From: Gemmatimonadales bacterium
GTDB lineage: Bacteria > Gemmatimonadota > Gemmatimonadetes > Gemmatimonadales > GWC2-71-9
Direction of reading: 5' to 3'
DNA length: 64,000 nt
Assembly (NCBI GenBank): GCA_036393515.1
Contig: DASWGV010000094.1
Coordinates: forward strand, 5,527 to 69,526
Shown here one piece after another: positions 60,391-64,000 of the stretch (the stretch's first letter is position 1; each line of letters opens with the position of its first letter). Both the position numbers and the translations under genes were made by a program. Below the pieces are notes generated by a model. That model was not told the origin of the DNA. It was given only the letters and a program-made list of their open reading frames with translations, and did no database searches.

Positions 60391-61881
60391 CTACTGCATG
60401 GGCCGGCCGACGGCGGCCTCGAGCGACGCCCGCGCCCGATGGTATTCGTAGACCGCGGCCACGTAATCGTTTTCGGCTTGCTGCCCGGTGAGCTGGGCAT
60501 CCAGCAGCTCAAAGAAGGTGCCCGAGCCGACGCGATACCGCTCGGTGGCGAGCCGCAGTTGCTCCCGTGCGGCGGTGCGATTGTTCTCCTGGATCTGGAT
60601 GGTGCGGTGCGCCGTGAGCAGGCCGTAATACCCCTGGCTCACGTCCGTACGAACCTGAAGAGCCCGTGCCCGGACTGCCTCGCGGGCATCGTCCGCCTGC
60701 GTGGACGCCTGGGAGACGCGCAGCTCCCGATCGAACTGATTGAAAATGGGGAGCGATACTGAGAGCCGGGCCGAAAACGGGTTTCGCCGGAAGCTGAAGG
60801 GAAACACACTGTTGGCGTCGCGGATGGCCTGTTCCTGGGCCGGCGTGAAGGCCAAGGCTGAGCAATCGATTTGCGGTGCGTTGGGGTTGACCAGAACCGT
60901 GTTGGTGTAGTTGCACTGATCAATGCGGTCCTGAGCGTTTTCCTGCGCCCCCACAATGGCGGACGAGGGGTTGGTGAACTGCTGGGTGAACCCCGACCAG
61001 CCTGCCTGGACCGTGAACGACGGCAGGAACTCCGACTTGGCCGCCCGCTCTCCCCAGGCTGCCGAGCTCTCCAAGGCGCGCAGCGAGTTCAGGTCTGGAT
61101 TCTGGTCGTCGGCGCTGGCCAGGAGTTCCGCCAGAGTCCCATGCGGTTCCACGATGGGGAACGTGTCCGACAATGAGACGACCGACGGATCTTCGGGGGC
61201 GGCCACGCCCATGTGCTGAAACAGCCGGAGCTTTTCAACCGTGACGTTCTGCCGCTCCTGCAGCAGCGCCACTTCGGAGCGGCCTCGGGCGACTTCGGCC
61301 TGCCGAACATCGAGAACGGTGGTTTGGCCCACCTCGTAGCGGGCGCGAGCCAGACGGAGGAACTCTTCGTTCCGCTTGAGCTGCGCGTCGGACAGCGTCA
61401 CCCGCTCCTGCGCCTGGAGGACGGCGAGGTACTGGCTCACGATCTGGGACCGCAGATTGATGCGAGCCCCCGCCACTGTCGCGTCGGCCGCGTTCAATTG
61501 AGCCTTGGTCAGGGCGGGTTGGGAGAGGGTCTGACCTGAAAGCTGCCAAAACAGGCTGAGCGAGTACCCGGAGCCGATGGTGGCGGACGGCTGTATGAAC
61601 TCCTGGGTCAGAAAGGTCTGGGAGCCGGCTCCACGGTAGTCCATGCTGCCGTTGACCGAAAACGACGGAAGGAAGCTGGCGTACGCGTTGCGGAGGCCCC
61701 ATCCAGCCGGACCCCGGTCATTGGCGGTCTGCCGGAACGTTGGACTGTATTGTGTGGCCAGGGTGACCGCGTCTTCCAGGCTCAGAGATTGAGATACCGC
61801 GGGAAGGGGGCGATCCTGACCCCGGAGCGGCAGGGCGACAAGCAGCAAGGCAATACCGCCCAAGCTTGAGTATCGTGGCAT
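60391..61881 (-). CDS. TolC-family outer-membrane efflux channel
   Basis: Signal peptide and two repeated halves with TolC-like motifs (LSLEDAVTLA..., ...YEVGQTTVLDVRQAE..., ...YRVGSGTFFELLDAQ). Confidence 0.85.
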   Translation of the reverse strand: MPRYSSLGGIALLLVALPLRGQDRPLPAVSQSLSLEDAVTLATQYSPTFRQTANDRGPAGWGLRNAYASFLPSFSVNGSMDYRGAGSQTFLTQEFIQPSATIGSGYSLSLFWQLSGQTLSQPALTKAQLNAADATVAGARINLRSQIVSQYLAVLQAQERVTLSDAQLKRNEEFLRLARARYEVGQTTVLDVRQAEVARGRSEVALLQERQNVTVEKLRLFQHMGVAAPEDPSVVSLSDTFPIVEPHGTLAELLASADDQNPDLNSLRALESSAAWGERAAKSEFLPSFTVQAGWSGFTQQFTNPSSAIVGAQENAQDRIDQCNYTNTVLVNPNAPQIDCSALAFTPAQEQAIRDANSVFPFSFRRNPFSARLSVSLPIFNQFDRELRVSQASTQADDAREAVRARALQVRTDVSQGYYGLLTAHRTIQIQENNRTAAREQLRLATERYRVGSGTFFELLDAQLTGQQAENDYVAAVYEYHRARASLEAAVGRPMQ

Positions 61882-62037
61882 ATGGTCCTCGGAAAGACGG
61901 TGAAGAAGTATCGTGAGACATCCGGCCGTACGGGCGGGCGCCGCCCGGGGTTTCAGGCTGGGACGCAGTCTGCAAAATAGCGTGTTAGGGAGGCGGTGTG
62001 CGTCAGAGCAAGCGCGCCGGTGGGCGGAATTACGCGT

Positions 62038-62751
62038 TCAGAGGGGGCCTTCCTGGCGCTCGGCCGTCAGCCCGGTGCCCAGGTCCTCGACCTTCATCAA
62101 GCGTCCGGTGCCGTCATACCACAGGTGCCGCACGCCGTTGCCGAAGGGGAGAGTCACCCGTTCCAGGGTATGTACCACGCCGCCCACCAGTGTGCGGTCC
62201 GTCCCGGACCAGGTCGCCTCGCCCGTCTCGCGGCGGTCGTGTCGGGGCGCAAGGATCGTGAACCCGCCGCCGCCGGCGCGCGGCACGAGCGCCTGGAGGG
62301 CGAACACCGAGTCATCAACCACCAATGAGCGCGTGGCGCCGGGGTACTCACGGGCCGCCTCACCCCGGGGGCGGACGTTCCGCACCGTCACCCGGCGCGG
62401 CCCGATCACCGCATAGACCCGTCGCGCGTCCGGGCCGGCAAGATCGAGCTGGAGGGCGGCGGGCAGGGAATCGGGTCCCAACTCCAGCGCGACGGTGAGT
62501 GTAATCACCGGCCGGGCGGCGGGGTACCGTGCTGTGGTGGTGATGGTGAACCCTGTCCCAGCCGGTTGGCCCCGGCGCACGGTGAACTCCTCGCGCCCTA
62601 CCGCCGCGCCGTCGCGAAGGATAAGGAACGCGCCGGCGTCCACGGTCTGGGCCTGACCCGATCCGGCCGGGAGCCCAAGGAGAGTGAGGACCAGCGGGGC
62701 CGCCCAGGGACGCCTGCTTGCGGAAGTCGACCGAATCGCCGATATCCGCAC
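62038..62751 (-). CDS. secreted hypothetical protein
   Basis: 237 aa. Signal peptide ...LVLTLLGLPAGSGQAQ. Beta-rich; no family recognised. The GTG start overlaps the upstream stop by 1 nt. Confidence 0.5.
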   Translation of the reverse strand: MRISAIRSTSASRRPWAAPLVLTLLGLPAGSGQAQTVDAGAFLILRDGAAVGREEFTVRRGQPAGTGFTITTTARYPAARPVITLTVALELGPDSLPAALQLDLAGPDARRVYAVIGPRRVTVRNVRPRGEAAREYPGATRSLVVDDSVFALQALVPRAGGGGFTILAPRHDRRETGEATWSGTDRTLVGGVVHTLERVTLPFGNGVRHLWYDGTGRLMKVEDLGTGLTAERQEGPL

Positions 62752-63509
62752 TAGGAGACCGTCTCGACGGGCGTGGGCCGCCCGAGTACGCGCGAGGCGA
62801 TGCGTCGGTAGATCAGCCGGTACAGCTCCTCGCCACGCACGGCCGAGGCGTTAGTGGGCCAGCCCAGGGACCCGGGACTCTCGGCCGGTATGGCGCCTGC
62901 GGAGCCGCGGTGGTAGCGGCGCGCGGTTCGCGGGGATGGCGTAAAATCCCGCGCCCGGTCCAGGGCGACGAGGTCCGCGTCGATGAACAGGAGCAGCGAC
63001 GTGTCAATTTCGCCGCCGTGGATGGGGAGCGCATCGTCGGCGCTGGGCTCGGTGGGCCGCGCCGGCACTGCGAAGATGTCCACCGTCCGCACTGTGGCGC
63101 CGTTGGTCCGCAGTGTGCTGAGGGCCTCCTGATGGGGGTCCTGTCCATGAGCGGTGAGTATCACAAACTGTCCTACCCCGCCGGCCTCCCAGGCTCCCAC
63201 CAGGTCGTTGAGCATGCGGTGCAGCGTCTTGCGCCGGACGCCGGCGCTTCCGGGAAACGGCCTGGCGGTGCGGGCGTTGACGCCGAATTCGAGGGTTGGG
63301 GCACGAAGCACCTGGAATTCTGCCGAGAGATCGTCGGCCAGGCGCTCGACGATAATGGTGTCACAGCCCAGGGGCAGGTGGGGGCCATGCTGCTCCGTCG
63401 TCCCGACCGGCAGGATGAGGCGCGCATCGCGCCGCAGATGGGCCCGGACCGCCTCCGGCGTCAGGAACTTCAGCCGTAGCGGATGAGCGCCCTGCGGAAG
63501 CTCGCTCAT
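62751..63509 (-). CDS. creatininase-family amidohydrolase (second copy)
   Basis: LILPVGTTEQHGPHLPLGCD motif. ATG at 63509 (MSELPQGAHPLRLKFLTPE) was chosen; the ORF-track N-terminal extension is low-complexity. Confidence 0.75.
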   Translation of the reverse strand: MSELPQGAHPLRLKFLTPEAVRAHLRRDARLILPVGTTEQHGPHLPLGCDTIIVERLADDLSAEFQVLRAPTLEFGVNARTARPFPGSAGVRRKTLHRMLNDLVGAWEAGGVGQFVILTAHGQDPHQEALSTLRTNGATVRTVDIFAVPARPTEPSADDALPIHGGEIDTSLLLFIDADLVALDRARDFTPSPRTARRYHRGSAGAIPAESPGSLGWPTNASAVRGEELYRLIYRRIASRVLGRPTPVETVS

Positions 63510-64000
63510 GCGTGGGGGGCCCTGGCGGCCGGCGTTGCGCTCGGCGCCTGGCTGGCCCAGCCCGGGCTGGTGTTCGCGGCGGCCGCACTGGTGGCGGCGG
63601 GTGCCAGCCTGGTTGTCGGCCGCGGTGGCTGGCGCACCATCGTTCCCGGGTTGGTCGGCGTCGCGGGCGGGATCGCGGCCGCGAACACCGCGCTTGCGGT
63701 GCGCCGGATAGAGACCGCCTGGCCCGTGGTTCGCGAGGACCTGCTGGAAGAGGGTCGTGCGGGACTCGACCGCACGCTGGGCGAGGCGGTTTCCCTGGCC
63801 CGCCGGATCGCCGATGCCGGGCTCAGCGCCGGGGCCGTCCCTCCCGAGCGACGCTTCCCACTCCTGGAGAGGGCGCTCCGGCCCGGGGCCGCGGAGCATG
63901 GCATCGCCCTGTTCGACGGGTCGGGCCGCGCCGTCGCCTGGGCCGGCCGCCACCGCCTGCGCCCCGTCGTGGGGACCGCCGATCTGGTCGCTTCCATCAC
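63483..64000 (+). CDS. membrane protein, 3' partial (possible sensor N-terminus)
   Basis: Not in the ORF track because it runs off the window. The ATG at 63483 follows an in-frame TAG. GC-rich third positions. Two hydrophobic segments (ALAAGVALGAWLAQPGLVFAAAALVAAGASLVV; IVPGLVGVAGGIAAANTALAV) are followed by a soluble region. Confidence 0.4.
   Translation, partial: MSALRKLAHAWGALAAGVALGAWLAQPGLVFAAAALVAAGASLVVGRGGWRTIVPGLVGVAGGIAAANTALAVRRIETAWPVVREDLLEEGRAGLDRTLGEAVSLARRIADAGLSAGAVPPERRFPLLERALRPGAAEHGIALFDGSGRAVAWAGRHRLRPVVGTADLVASI

Noticed and set aside
63506-64000. 164-aa minus-strand ORF at the window edge
   Set aside because: It is a low-complexity Ala/Arg/Pro/Ser/Thr sequence. The plus-strand frame over the same bases has GC-rich third positions and two clean TM helices, so I preferred the plus-strand gene.
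1-64000. Search by eye for rRNA/tRNA genes, CRISPR arrays, IS elements, integrases, prophage blocks or long direct/inverted repeats
   Set aside because: None was found. All intergenic gaps are under 400 nt, no spaced repeat arrays were seen, and no transposase, integrase or recombinase motifs appear in any ORF. A covariance-model scan (tRNAscan-SE, Infernal) would be needed to exclude small ncRNAs.

Overview
Very GC-rich, gene-dense chromosomal segment from a diderm bacterium. TolC-like, Omp85-like and other beta-barrel genes are present. The phylum cannot be determined by eye; the content is loosely Gemmatimonadota/Acidobacteriota-like, which is inference only. I call about 62 protein-coding genes. 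I saw no rRNA, tRNA, CRISPR array, transposase or integrase, and every intergenic gap is under 400 nt.

Functional blocks:
- 1-7.8 kb: aldo/keto reductase, a QAT-type (glycine betaine/choline) ABC importer, a diheme cytochrome c plus an octaheme cytochrome-TPR fusion, and a PAP2 phosphatase.
- 7.9-10.5 kb: lipoprotein zinc metalloprotease.
- 10.5-23.5 kb: tryptophan -> kynurenine -> anthranilate -> 2-aminobenzoyl-CoA catabolic island. It holds kynA, kynU, an aryl-CoA ligase, a fused FAD-monooxygenase/OYE reductase, beta-oxidation-like enzymes, RidA, a creatininase-family protein, a Na+/solute symporter and a cyclase-family protein.
- 23.5-24.7 kb: RHH protein plus SPFH protein, with a palindromic operator-like site.
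- 24.8-36.7 kb: the most interesting region. It is a tightly coupled cluster around an unannotated 39-codon ORF (31537..31656, minus strand) encoding MKQTPVSKRKYQTPTVKVMDETEMLAAFQITSAGASWWW. Flanking genes encode a PqqD-like protein, an HprK-related kinase, a nucleotidyltransferase, an AsnB-type amidotransferase, a membrane fatty-acid-hydroxylase-type di-iron enzyme, two paralogous DUF455-like di-iron proteins, a SipW-like peptidase, a formyltransferase and an SdpA/SdpB(HTTM)-like pair. I interpret it as a candidate undescribed RiPP or peptide-derived-cofactor system.
- 36.8-41.3 kb: globin, a Ser/Thr kinase with Ig-like repeats, and an Ig-like lipoprotein with a PSCyt1-type heme domain.
- 41.3-45.7 kb: outer-membrane barrels and a secreted protein with a kinase-like signature.
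- 45.7-49.2 kb: KAS / SRPBCC / methyltransferase / geranylgeranyl-reductase-like lipid or polyketide module.
- 49.2-52.7 kb: mnmA, cysteine desulfurase and bshB1.
- 52.7-61.9 kb: MacAB-TolC-type efflux locus with four separate FtsX permeases in an A-B-A'-B' arrangement.
- 62-64 kb: secreted hypothetical protein, a second creatininase-family protein, and a partial membrane protein.

All family assignments come from motif recognition by eye. Start codons are often ambiguous, and nothing was computed or searched.
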